Shown here: one piece after another, positions 12,954-23,300 of the stretch
How positions within the stretch are numbered: the first letter of the stretch is position 1
Layout: each line of letters begins with the position of its first letter
Origin: Raillietiella orientalis
Taxonomy: Eukaryota
NCBI GenBank assembly: GCA_036172245.1
Contig: JAYWIR010000003.1
Span: 3,162,001-3,226,000 of the forward strand
Length of the DNA stretch: 64,000 nt
Direction: 5' to 3'
Program-made: the position numbers and the translations under genes
Notes under the pieces: model-generated
What the model saw: only the letters and a program-made list of their open reading frames with translations
Databases searched by the model: none
What the model was told of the DNA's origin: nothing

Positions 12954-14334
12954 CTCGCCGAGACCTGCCCGATCCTGGAAGAACTGCCGTCGAACGAACC
13001 ATCCGCGCGGCCCTTTCTGGGGGGGGGGGAGGGAGCCAAGGAAAAGGAAAGGGAAGGGGCCAAACTGAGGCGGGCGCCGCTGGGCCTCCCTGCTCCCCCC
13101 CGTCAGATGGCGCGAAGCGATGCAGACGGAGGGACCTCGCCAAGGCCGGCAGGCGCTGAAGGACGCGCAGACGCGAAAGGACGGGGGCGGAGCTTGCGGA
13201 ACGCCGGCGGGACGACGGCCCCGGGAGCTCCTGCAAGGCGACGAGGAGCAGGAAAGATGCGACTCCCCATCTGGGGGGGGGGGGAGGCGGCACCTCCCTC
13301 ATCCCTTCCCTTTCCACAGGGGCTGCATCCGCGGGTCCGCCGTCGCCCCGGGAGACGGAGGGTCCGCGGACTGGCGACCTTCCTCCCTCTCGCAGATTGC
13401 GCAAACCACCGCCCCTGCCGGCGGGGAGGACTTGGAAAGGGGAGGGAGTGAGGTGTCCGAGGGTATCGAGAGCTTTCCGGCACCCCCGCCAAGCGGCCGC
13501 GAGTCGGCGCGGTCAAGCTGCCGCCTCATCCCGAAGGGAAGGAGGGGAGGAAGAAGGAAAGCATCCTCCCTCTCCCCTCCATCCTCCCCAGGACACGACG
13601 CTCTCCTCCTGGGGACCACCCCGTCGTCGAGCCGTGGACTCGGCACTCCCGCCGAGAGGACAGTGTGTGTGTGGGGGGAAGGGGAGGAGGTAAATCTGGC
13701 TGTTGCCGCTGCTGCTGCCGCCTGCTCCCCCTCCCTTCCTCCTCCCGCATCCTGGATGCGAGCGGCCACGCCCTCGTCCGCGATCCCAAGCCCCCTTGGG
13801 TGCGGCTGCTCTCTTGCACGATTATGGTCCTCCGGTCGTCGACGTTGCCAATAGCGTCGCGTGCGCGCAAGCGAGGAACAGAGAGTGAAAGGCGGGGGAA
13901 GGAAGGCCCTGTGGCGTCGCTTTCGCGGACGTGGGGGCGGCTGAAATCGCCGCCGATCGCCTCCACCTGCGCGTGGCGCCAGGCGCCGATCAACTGCTGC
14001 CTTCGCCCTCTTTCCCTGACGGCCGCGCGCCCGTGGCCTCTCCCTTCCCTCGCCACCTGGGAGCTTCCTCGCTCGGCACCGCTCCTCGCTTCCACTTGCT
14101 CGACCGTGGCCAAACCCCTCTTCTCTCTCCCCCCCATTCCGGATCCTCCGCGCGCGCTCTCGCGGTGGGGACGAGTGGCGCGAAGGTGACCCATTCGTGA
14201 TGACGTCTGCTCCCCCGTAAGTACCGAGTCGTTCGTGCCCGTCGTTCACCTCAGGACCATCCGCGCGGCTGCAAAGTCCCTCTTCCCTCTCAATGGGACC
14301 GCATGCGACCTTCCCCCCCTCCCCCTTCCTCCAT

Positions 14335-15021
14335 GTACACTCAAACGCCACGTCAGCGGCTGGCGTGCAGGCAGTGGACGAACGCGTGCTGCAAAAGCAC
14401 GGCGCAGATGCGCTCGGTGCCCTCATCGGCGGCGGCATCAGTGGCCACGCGACGCGCGGCCTACTCTACATATGCGCCCACGAGCACATGTGACCATTGT
14501 GAGTGGGCGTCACTGCACGGTTGCACGCGGTGCTCGCACGCGTCGTGTAGTCAACGCAAACGCAATCACGGTAGGCACACACCGTGCGGTACAGATTGTG
14601 CGCGTGTTGTGCACTGCTGTCACAGCAGCAGACGTAGGGGCCGTTGGCTTTGTGTAGGGGCCGTTGTGGAGCACTGGAATTCGGACACGCGCCTGCACGT
14701 CGAAAGAGCGCATGTGGCAGACTCCTTGATGGCTGGCGTGGGGAAGCAAGATTTCCGCCACCTCGACGCGTGTACCGTACGTACGTCAGGCTCAGAGTAC
14801 GGATTGCATCGTGCAGCACACAGCTCTGCCAGCTCTTGTGTGTACACGTGGCGTGCATCGATGAAATGATCAAAACTGTGGGTCAAAAAGTTTCGCCAGT
14901 TCCTGCGTACACCCTCGTTTGTGGCCGGTGCGAAGGTGGCTGCAAAGACGGCTTCATAGGAGACATGCACAAGAATGTACATTCTTGCCCCGGATGCCCA
15001 ATCTATGGATTCATGTACCAC
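14335..15021 (-). pseudogene. Endogenous viral element candidate: frameshifted N-terminal fragment of a LEF-8/RPB2-like RNA polymerase subunit
   Basis: Repaired reading: RNFLTHSFDHFIDARHVYTQELAELCAARCNPYSEPDV/RVEVAEILLPH...ARVRIPVLHNGPYVCCCDSSAQHAHNLYRTVCAYRDCVCVDYTT.../HVLVGAYVE*AARR. Resembles RPB2 'DSFDEFI' and baculovirus LEF-8 'SYLCC...CVLHKCVLVIFGTWLD' (recalled). No introns; CA/GT/CG-alternating composition distinct from flanks. Confidence 0.6.
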
Positions 15022-15499
15022 ACTGGGAGATCACGGGAATCGCACTTGGCCCTTGAAACGTTTCCGGGGGACTTTTCAGCGTTTCTTTGGATCGTTGCGT
15101 GTGGTAAGTGCTACCCCCCGGCATCTGGATTAACATTACGTCATCTCTCGAGCATTTTTTTTTTTTTCATTTTATTTTTTCGCAAGGACAACAACGCATC
15201 TCTGTGGTCGTTTGCGCCGGCATATTCAGTTGAGTTAAAGATGCCACCAAGAGGGTCAGCGGCGATCATATCAGGGTCAAAACGCCCTTGAACGGAATCC
15301 AAGGGTTGCATCTGTTTCTTCTTCCACCGCCGAATGGTGATGGTTGCACTCCTGGCCTGAAAAAAATCGGTTACCTGCAGTCAGGTCCAGAGACTCCTCA
15401 TCGAGATGAAGCCGTTTGGAAAGGTCCTTCCGTGCGGCCGTGCTCAGCTTCAGCTTGCAAGCAGAAAAGTGCGATCGGCCTGCGTTAGAAACAGCGTGT

Positions 15500-16750
15500 T
15501 GCATGGGGAAGGCAGAGAGGAAATAGGAAAGCAGCTGCCGCAAATAGCATTATGGAGGAATTCGGGGATGGCAGTTTAGTTGTGACCTCCTGGTGCTATG
15601 GAGATAGGGAATCCAAATGTAAGGGAAGCAGCTGGAAGGATAGCAAACCAGGTACGTGAACTGTGGCCGTTCGCTGCAGGCTACATTCTGCAGTTTTTTG
15701 GGGGGATGTGGCCTTAAGGTGGCTCATGTCCAGATTTTTCAAGCCATAGAGACGGGACGAGAAAGTCACCTGACGAATTCCGCCAGCCTCCTTATCGTGA
15801 TGCCGGAGGTTATCTTCAATCCGTGCAGATTAAACGGCGAAGTGTCACGTGGCGTCTTATTTACTTCGCAAGGAATCCCACCCATAACTACTGCTTGCCT
15901 ATCTTGAGGCAGATCTTCTGTGTGAGTTTTCCCCTGAGCGACGACTGAGGCTCGCCCCCTGGAAAACGCTGACCTTATCCCAAGAACCGTCCCACCGGCT
16001 GGAAAATCCGGGGCCCACGAATCATTCCAAGCAATTCATCCAGAGTAACACCAGGGTCATCTATGTGTGACATACGGGCATCGATTGCTTTCTCCGAGAT
16101 CGCAAGGGGGGGGGGGATGGTAGTTGCCGCACCAACTGCCACACCACTTTACCAACAGATTTGGAAACCCTGCAGGCATCACAACAGGCTCAGGTCCATC
16201 TCCATCGTGGTGGCGGTCACGAGGGAGAACAGACATGAAATCAGTCGTCCTTTGAAATGGATGGCTTCGAGTCCAATGGAGGCGCGTAATCATAATCTCT
16301 GCAGCTAACCGTCCCGGAGTTTTGGATCCAGCATCGCTTAGGCCTGGTCGTTTTGACCGGGAGATTACCATTCCCTTGCCGGATATAAGTGGTCGTGAAA
16401 GGACGTAAAGAAAATATCAATGGCACCAGATGTAAATGTGAAAACAGTCGCAAGAGTGGTCTTCAGGATCTCGAGGATTTACGAACGAGTCTGCACTTGT
16501 TGCTGCAGGAGGAAACGAAGAAGATTGCTCCTCATGGGACCACTTGGAGCCGCGCCAGCAAATGAACCACGGGTAGTCATACGAATAAACCATGAAAATT
16601 GGGTGGCTTTCGCCGGTCAATACGCACTCCGACAAGCCAAACTTCGTTGAAATTCCGGTATAGGAGATGATGTCTCCTGGTATTGGTGCCCGGGGTCCCA
16701 GAAATACTCGTTTACTCCGCAAGGCCGGTACCGAAAAGATTTTCTCTCAC
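15500..16750 (-). mobile_element. Decayed LINE endonuclease-region remnant
   Basis: Minus-strand patches DYDYAPP (cf. IYAP) and PVVMPAGFPN (cf. .I.GDFN); multiple stops. Boundaries approximate. Confidence 0.3.
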
Positions 16751-16989
16751 GCCGTTCTCCAGCTTTCAAATTGAATTTGGGCAACATGTGGTTAATGAAG
16801 TGTGGTTCTTCGGCGACACGGAGGCGCACCTGGACCTTTAGCAGGGTGTCCCCCGGAAGCTGATGGTCGGACAGGAAAACGGAACGTACTTCTGTGTGAT
16901 ATCAGTTTCCCCGGTTGCAGCCAAGCTGGTTGCTTCTTCATCAACGGGTCTCTCTCTCTCTCTCTCACCGGAAGTTTTGGCGCCTTCGC

Positions 16990-17440
16990 CACCAGAACCG
17001 ATCGAGACGCTGACCTAGCGTGCCGGCTGAAGTACGAAGACCACGGAGTATATCATTATGCCTCATATACATACTTTGTGCTTTCCGGCCGCAACAAGTC
17101 ACACCCTTTTTTTGCATGAACACGTACACTTGGGCGTGCGGGCAGACGAGCGAGCATTTGTTGTCATTTGTATCGATTCCACCACGCTTTTAGCAACGCC
17201 GGTCGATCGTGCTTTGGCGGCACGCGCATGCGCATCTCGGCGCGCGTGAGTGGTGGCATGTGTGGACGCGATCACGCCCCCCGCACATAGCGTCCGGCGT
17301 CTCGTGCAGCGTGTTCCGCCGAAAGCACGTGGCTGTGCATCCGTATGGAAATGCTCACGGGGCACTAGGTGTCACGCCCGGGCATCGGCGCGACACGGTC
17401 GCCACGAGCACGGCGGCGCGCGACGGAGACTCGATCTTCG
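16990..17440 (+). pseudogene. Endogenous viral element candidate: second LEF-8-like fragment
   Basis: DADLACRLKYEDHGVYHYASYTYFVLSGRNKSHPFF then, after restoring one T in the 17107-17113 run, CMNTYTWACGQTSEHLLSFVSIPPRF*QRRSIVLWRH. FVLSGRNKSHPFFCMN aligns without gaps to recalled AcMNPV LEF-8 FMIDGRHLSFPNIMMN (7/16 identical), and RSIVL parallels RAIQL. Confidence 0.62.
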
Positions 17441-19096
17441 GCGGAGGCGAGCGGCCTTCGCGCAGCTTCCCTTACCGGGATCCCAGGAGTTCGGTTTTGT
17501 TCTCCCTCAAACGCGGAGGCGAGGAAAGTCCTTCCCCCTCCACCCCCCCACAGTTCCTCCCTCTTTTTCTTTTTTTTTTCTTCTCGTTCTGCGATTTCTT
17601 GCTCTCTTATCTGCCCTGTTTGAGGGTGGAGGCGGCGGCGGATATTGCGGGGGTAGGGAAAGGGTTAGGCGCCATCTCGAGCTGGGATCATTGCGCGAGG
17701 CAAGCGGCCTTTACGTGCGTGCGAGGGGGATGCGCGGCAGCGAGTAGCTCCAGCCTCCCCTCCTCCCTCTTCGCCAAGGGGATTCTCTCCTCCCTCCCTC
17801 GCATGTCCGAGTTTCCCGGAATCGCGGATCGGACCGCGGGGCGGCAGGTGTGGCCTGCCAGTCAGAGCAGCGCCCAGGCGATCTTCCGGTTCGTGGTCTC
17901 CCTTGCCAGCCACGAGGCGGCCGCCGGAAGCTGCGGCGCGCGCCGGGAGAAGATGCCCGCGTCCGTGCTGGGTGCGCCCGAGAGGCTCCTCCCTCGCCTC
18001 CGCCGCTCGAGGTGGGGGCGTCCATTCCGCGCGCGCGCGCGCAGGCCGGGTGACGCAACCCATCCGAGCGAGGCGCCGAAGGCCGCGCGGCGCGGCTGTG
18101 GAGGTCTCTCTCGGCTGGGGGGGGAGGGATGGCGCGCGGAGCGCGGTTCGCCTCGGAACAGCCCTGCCCCCCCGTGGCCAGGAATGGAGCGAGCCCGGGG
18201 ACCGGTGGCGGCAGCCGACGAAAGGAGGGAGGGAAGCGTTCGCCCGCGTCCATCCGCCTCGGGAGCGGGGTTGCGGCGGCGACGACCCCATCGCGTCCTT
18301 GGTGGGAGCGCGTGCGGACACGCAGTCCTGGATGGGGAGAGGTGTCGAATGCCGGCCAGCTTCCGAGAGGTCAGGCTGGGCTGGCGGATGCACCGAGGGT
18401 TGACCGAGAGCGAAAGCGGAGGCAGCTTCATCGAGAGTGCGCGCATGCGTGTACCGTCGCTGGCGTCGTCTTGCGGTTTGCAATAAAGTATAACGCGCGC
18501 TTGCACGCACGCGTACACTCGTAGCCACACGCGCGGGCGGGCGCGCGCGCATAAACACACCCGCACAAGGTCGCGCGCGACCTTGGGACCCAAAGGCCCA
18601 TCGTCTGCCGCTCCTCCCACCCTTGTGAGGAGGGGAGGCGATACTCGCGCTGGTATATACGCGCTGTCCCCGCGAGAGGGGAAAGAGACGAGCTGCGTCC
18701 GGCGTAACGAGCGCGCGCAGCGGAAGGCCTCTTGGCGGCAGGGAACAGCAGCGGCCGAGGCACCACCACCACCAACCAGGCAGCGCAGCGTCAGCGCCTG
18801 CAGGGACCGGCAGGCGTCCTCTTCCGCGGCGGCACAACAGCGGCGTGTCTCTTCGGCAGCACGTGGTGGAGAGATTCTTGTGAGTGTCGAGGAAGGTGGA
18901 AGGGAGGGAGGGGGACAGGGAGGGAAGAGAGGAGGCGCTGCCCCGGCGTCGTCACCGCCGTCTCCCCGGGGGGTTTCTTCCGGCTTTCGCTTTCCTCGTG
19001 AACAGAGCGCGCGCAAACCCCAGTCGCTCGCTGCTACCCCCTTCGAGGGAAGGACTGATCGCCTCTCCTCCTCCAGCCCCAGCGGCCGCCCCGGCA

Positions 19097-21558
19097 ATGG
19101 AGGACTTCAAGAACATGTTCGTCAACGCGGCGGAGATCCAGAAGCCGGTCCTAGGAAGGGTGGTGGGTACGGGCTGCGAAAGGGCCTTCCGGGGCCGGAA
19201 GTACCGCGGCGTCCCCCGAAGGCACGATCCCGGACTGGATCCAAGGCTCCTTCCTGCGCACGGGGCCCGGCAGGTTCGACCTTTGCGGCGACTTCAGCGT
19301 CAACTCGTGGTACGACGGCTACGCCATCCTGTCCAAGTTCCACGTCAGCAGCAGGCAGCAGCAGGTGAGGCCGGGTCCGCCGGACGGGGGGTCAGGAGGA
19401 GGAAGGGACCGGATCCCTTTCGTCCGCGCGCCCACAGGTGACGTACAGCAGCCGCTACCTGCAGTCGGACGCGTACCGGAAGGCTATGTCCAGCAGCCGT
19501 CCCCACTACATGGAATTCGCGACCCGGGCGCAGCCGGACAAGAAGAGGATCTTCCAGTTTCTCTCGTCCCTGGTGAGTGCTTCTCTGCAGTTGGGGCCGA
19601 GGGACGGGGGGTTGGGACTGACGCCGCCCCTCTCTCGTCTTCCTCCGTCTGTTCCGCTCCCCCTCTCCGCAGCCGTCTCGTCTCGCGACGGCGGGAGGAG
19701 AGCGGAGACGGAAGGCGCGAGGTGGTGTCAGCGGGAGTCGTCGTCGCCCTCTCCGTCTCACTTCATCCCTTCCCTGTCTTCCGCGCGATCCCGGGCTGCA
19801 CCTGTCGAGGAGGCAGTGGCGGCGGCGCGCCCGTGTCCTGACGAGCGCGCACCGACGTGGCGGACGCCGTGTCCGCTCCTTCTTTCCTCCCGCGTGCCTT
19901 TCTCGTTCCCTTCATATCTCCCCCTCCCCTTTCCGTCGCCCAAGGACCCCAGCGAAGTCACCGACAACTGCGTGGCCAACGTGTTCTCCCTGGGCCGTGA
20001 CGTCTTCTCCGCGTCCGAGACCTGCTACATCCGGCGCGTCGATCCCATCACCCTGGAAACCAGGGAGAAGGTACGGCTCTCGTCCCGAAGCGGGGACGCG
20101 CTCGCAGAGTCTGCGGCACCACACCTGTCTTGGGCGGGCCTTCTTCCAGCACGACTACTACAAGGTTGCAGGCGCCAACCTGGTGTCCCCCCACCTGGTG
20201 CTCGACGACAAGACGGGGAATGCATATGCCCTGGGGGTGTCCATCCTCAAGGGGAGCTATGTCATCATGGAGGTGCCTGCGAAGCCCGGGGGCCTGAAAG
20301 GTGTGTTGTAAGCCCTCCTTCTAGCTCCCCCTTCCTGAATCCCCGACCTTCTCCCCTCACCCTGCCCCCCGAAGGCGATCCCGCCGCCTTCCTTTTCCTG
20401 CCTGCCTGCAACCGGTAGGACTGGGATGCGCGCGCGTGCTGGCGACCATCAAGACGAGCTGGGCGTCCCGGTTCAGCTACCAGCACAGCCTGGGGTTCAC
20501 CGAGCACTACTTGGTGGTCGTGGAGCAGCCGCTCCTGGTCAACTCCCTCCAGCTGCTGGCCAGCAACCTCAAGGGGCGCTGCTTCAAGGATTGCATGGAG
20601 TGGACGCCCGAGGAGAAGGTACGCGACTCCCGGAAGGCAAACTCCCTCTCATTCTTCCACTCTTTCCAGAACCGTTTCTACGTGATCTCCAAGAAGACGG
20701 GCAAGGTGGTGGGTAGTCGCGCTTTCTCCGACCGCCCCTTCTTCTTCTTCCACTTCGTCAACTGCTTTGAGGCGGAGGACAAGGTGAGGGCGGGCGCTGT
20801 CTCCACCCCCATCACTTCCTCTTCCTCCCGAGCAGGTGGTCGTCGATATCGTCGCGTACCCCAACCCGTCCGTCATCGACGACTTTTCCCTGAAGACTCT
20901 GCGGACCGTCCGCCACACCGGCTACACGCCGTGCTCGGTTCTGCGCTTCCGCCTACCTCTGCCTCCCTCCGCATCGGCCCCTCCTATCTCCGGGAGGAGG
21001 GGCTCCGCCACGGCTTCCCTGGTGGCAGCGGCGGCAACTTGCGTTCCGGAAGACCTGGGCTGCGACGGCATGGAGTTCCCCGTCGTGAATGCGGCCCAGC
21101 GGGGCAAACCCTACCGCTTTGTCTACGGCAGCGGGGTCTACGACCGCAGGAACCTCCCCAACTCGGTCGGTGCCCGCCAGCCCCGGCCTCTCAACCACCC
21201 TCGCACCCCCATTCTCTCCTTGCAGCTGGTCAAGGTTGACCTGCTCACCGGCGCGAGATGGTTGTGGAAGGACAGCGACCACGCGTATCCCGGGGAGCCT
21301 GTCTTTCTGCCAGCCCCCGGGGCCCGGACCGAGGACGACGGCGTGCTACTGAGCGCCGTCACCGACTCCCGCGTCGGCATGCCCGGCTTCCTCGTCTTCC
21401 TGGATGCCGGGACGCTTCGGGAGCTGTGCAGGGCCGTCGTTCCCGTGCAGGTGCCGCAGGCCGTGCACGGGACGTTCCTCCAGGAGGAAAGGACCGGAGA
21501 GAAGGTGAGGGAGCGGGAAGGAAAGCGACGGGCGCCCTCCCACCGTCCTGGATTTTAG
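19097..21558 (+). CDS. Carotenoid cleavage oxygenase (BCO1/NinaB/RPE65 family), 533 aa, 9 exons: 19097-19166, 19222-19364, 19438-19572, 19945-20070, 20150-20300, 20419-20618, 20670-20783, 20836-21165, 21226-21558
   Basis: All introns GT-AG with consistent phases; spliced length 1602 nt. Motifs GTIPDWIQGSFLRTGPGRF, YSSRYLQSDAY, VTDNC, SETCY..RVDPITLET. The four Fe-ligand His positions (SPH, SYQHS, FFHFVN, AVHGTF) and second-shell Glu positions (SET, MEFP, PGEPVF) are present, plus EDDGVLLS. Confidence 0.96.
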
Positions 21559-22899
21559 GACGGCGTCCGGAGGTAGGAGGGCGATGCGGGCGGCTCTCCA
21601 CGAGGACGGAACGGTTCTTGGACAGAGGCTCTGTGCGACGAGCCCTTCAGCGGAACGCAGACCACGGACGGGGAGGACGAGATTCTCCCACCGGGGCCGA
21701 AGAAAATAAAAAGACAAAAAGAAAGAAAGAGATAAAAAGCAAACAGAGTATCGCTCCCCCTCCGCTGGGACGAGTAGGTCGCTCGTCTCCCAGCCGGGAG
21801 TCCGAAGAGCGTAAGGTCGAGGCTCGCATTTACGCGGGGGGTCCTGCGAGAACTTATGTAGGCGTCTTGTACGCACCACGGGTTGCATTTTCAGCCCTCC
21901 TCCAGTCGCCTTCCATCCATCCATCCATCCTTTTTTTTTGCCTTCCTCTGCATAGCCGGTGCGCAGTCGTGAGGCGGCATCGGCGTCGTCCCGGCTCCCT
22001 CGGTGCGAAGCTGCGGATCTGGAAAACACCGACCGAAGGCCGTGCCGGTTCACGGCAACTCGGCGGCAGATCCGTTCATGCCTGGCCCGACAGATGAAGA
22101 GTGGAGAGAAACCGTGCTTTTGAGTATGGCAAGCGAAATGTTGCTGCTGCCCACTGACGATCTCTGCGGTTTGCGCGAAAAAAGACCGACAACTGGGAGA
22201 CCACGGGAAAAAGTAACGAAACACGGGGGGGGGAGGCTTTCAACTCTGCTTGACCGAGAAGAATTCATTCTTTTACGTCAGGTCTAGTCGAAAAGACGCG
22301 TTTAGATGGCAATGGTAAGCCCAAGCGATGCTAGCGCGCCGTAACAGCGGGTCAAACATGGCGACCTTCATGGCACGTGGGGACTTCACCTTCTGAAGCA
22401 GTGGAAATTCCAGCTGCGCACCAAGTTCATTTTTTTCCCCCATATGTTTTCATGTCGCACAATATTGTTCTTAACAGTGTTTCGCGTTTTGTCAGATTGC
22501 GTGTTCTGCTCGTAGTCTGGAGTAAAAAAAAATCCTTTCCGTTGAAACGGCAGCAGAATCGCTTGGCTCGTTCGTTCTTTCCAGCATCGGTCGGAAACCA
22601 CCAAGATTCTGCAGCCGGAATGATGGTTCTTGCTCTGATCTGTCCAGCAGGCGTCCGCGTGTCCGATTTGAAAGAGCAGTGCGACGTGCATCGAGGCGTT
22701 GGGGTTCGGATGTGTCGCGCGTGTGGTTCTCGACTTTCACCGGTAATGGATGCATAGTTGAGACGGTGAATCAGGCTGGCTATTGAGACTTTGATAACAT
22801 ACGTTTCCCCGGGGCACCATCGCCCCAGTGGACGGTTGAGCTTTGCGCGTCGACGCCTGCAATTCGGAAGAATCGGAGAACCGGGCACCCACCAAAAAT

Positions 22900-23300
22900 C
22901 TACGCCTTCCCTCCCACGCTCCCTCGCTGACGTCACGCGAAAGACGCAACGGCTTTAATGGCTGCCACTTTTGCGACACAAGGAGTGCGAAAGTGTTTTC
23001 CGAGAGAGAAGCAAGCCCGGACGAGAAGCATGACGTCAGAGTCCGGAAGCTGGCTGTCCGGGAGGAATTTGTTTTCAAGTTTCTTCGGAGAAGGGAAACG
23101 CGACCATGGCGTATGGTGGACGTTCAGGGAGGAATGCGGGAGACCTGCAGGGATCGCCAAAGGCTTCTTGCGCTTCATCCTTCTAAAAGAAAGTCGGTGG
23201 TTACCCAATTCGAACGGATACCATGGGAACGAAATGATTTTTACGATCAGCGACCACCACGAGTCGGCCGGGTGCCGCAATAGCGGCGGTCGGCCCGGAG
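22900..23300 (+). mobile_element. Decayed LINE APE-endonuclease fragment
   Basis: RDHGVWWTFREECGRPAGIAKGFLRFILLKESRW...MIFTISDHH parallels the endonuclease C-terminal pattern (YTF....R.DY.F....SDH). Confidence 0.4.

Noticed and set aside
12851..14953. The 103-bp repeat pair as a CRISPR array or C/D snoRNA pair
   Set aside because: Only two copies 2 kb apart with no spacer structure, in a eukaryotic context; no convincing box C/D with terminal stem; better explained as coding-derived.
17440..18420. Body of the 425-aa ORF 17209-18486 and overlapping 390/411-aa antisense ORFs
   Set aside because: Stop-poor GC-rich sequence; only the ends overlap the viral-like patches and the middle has no recognisable protein signal.
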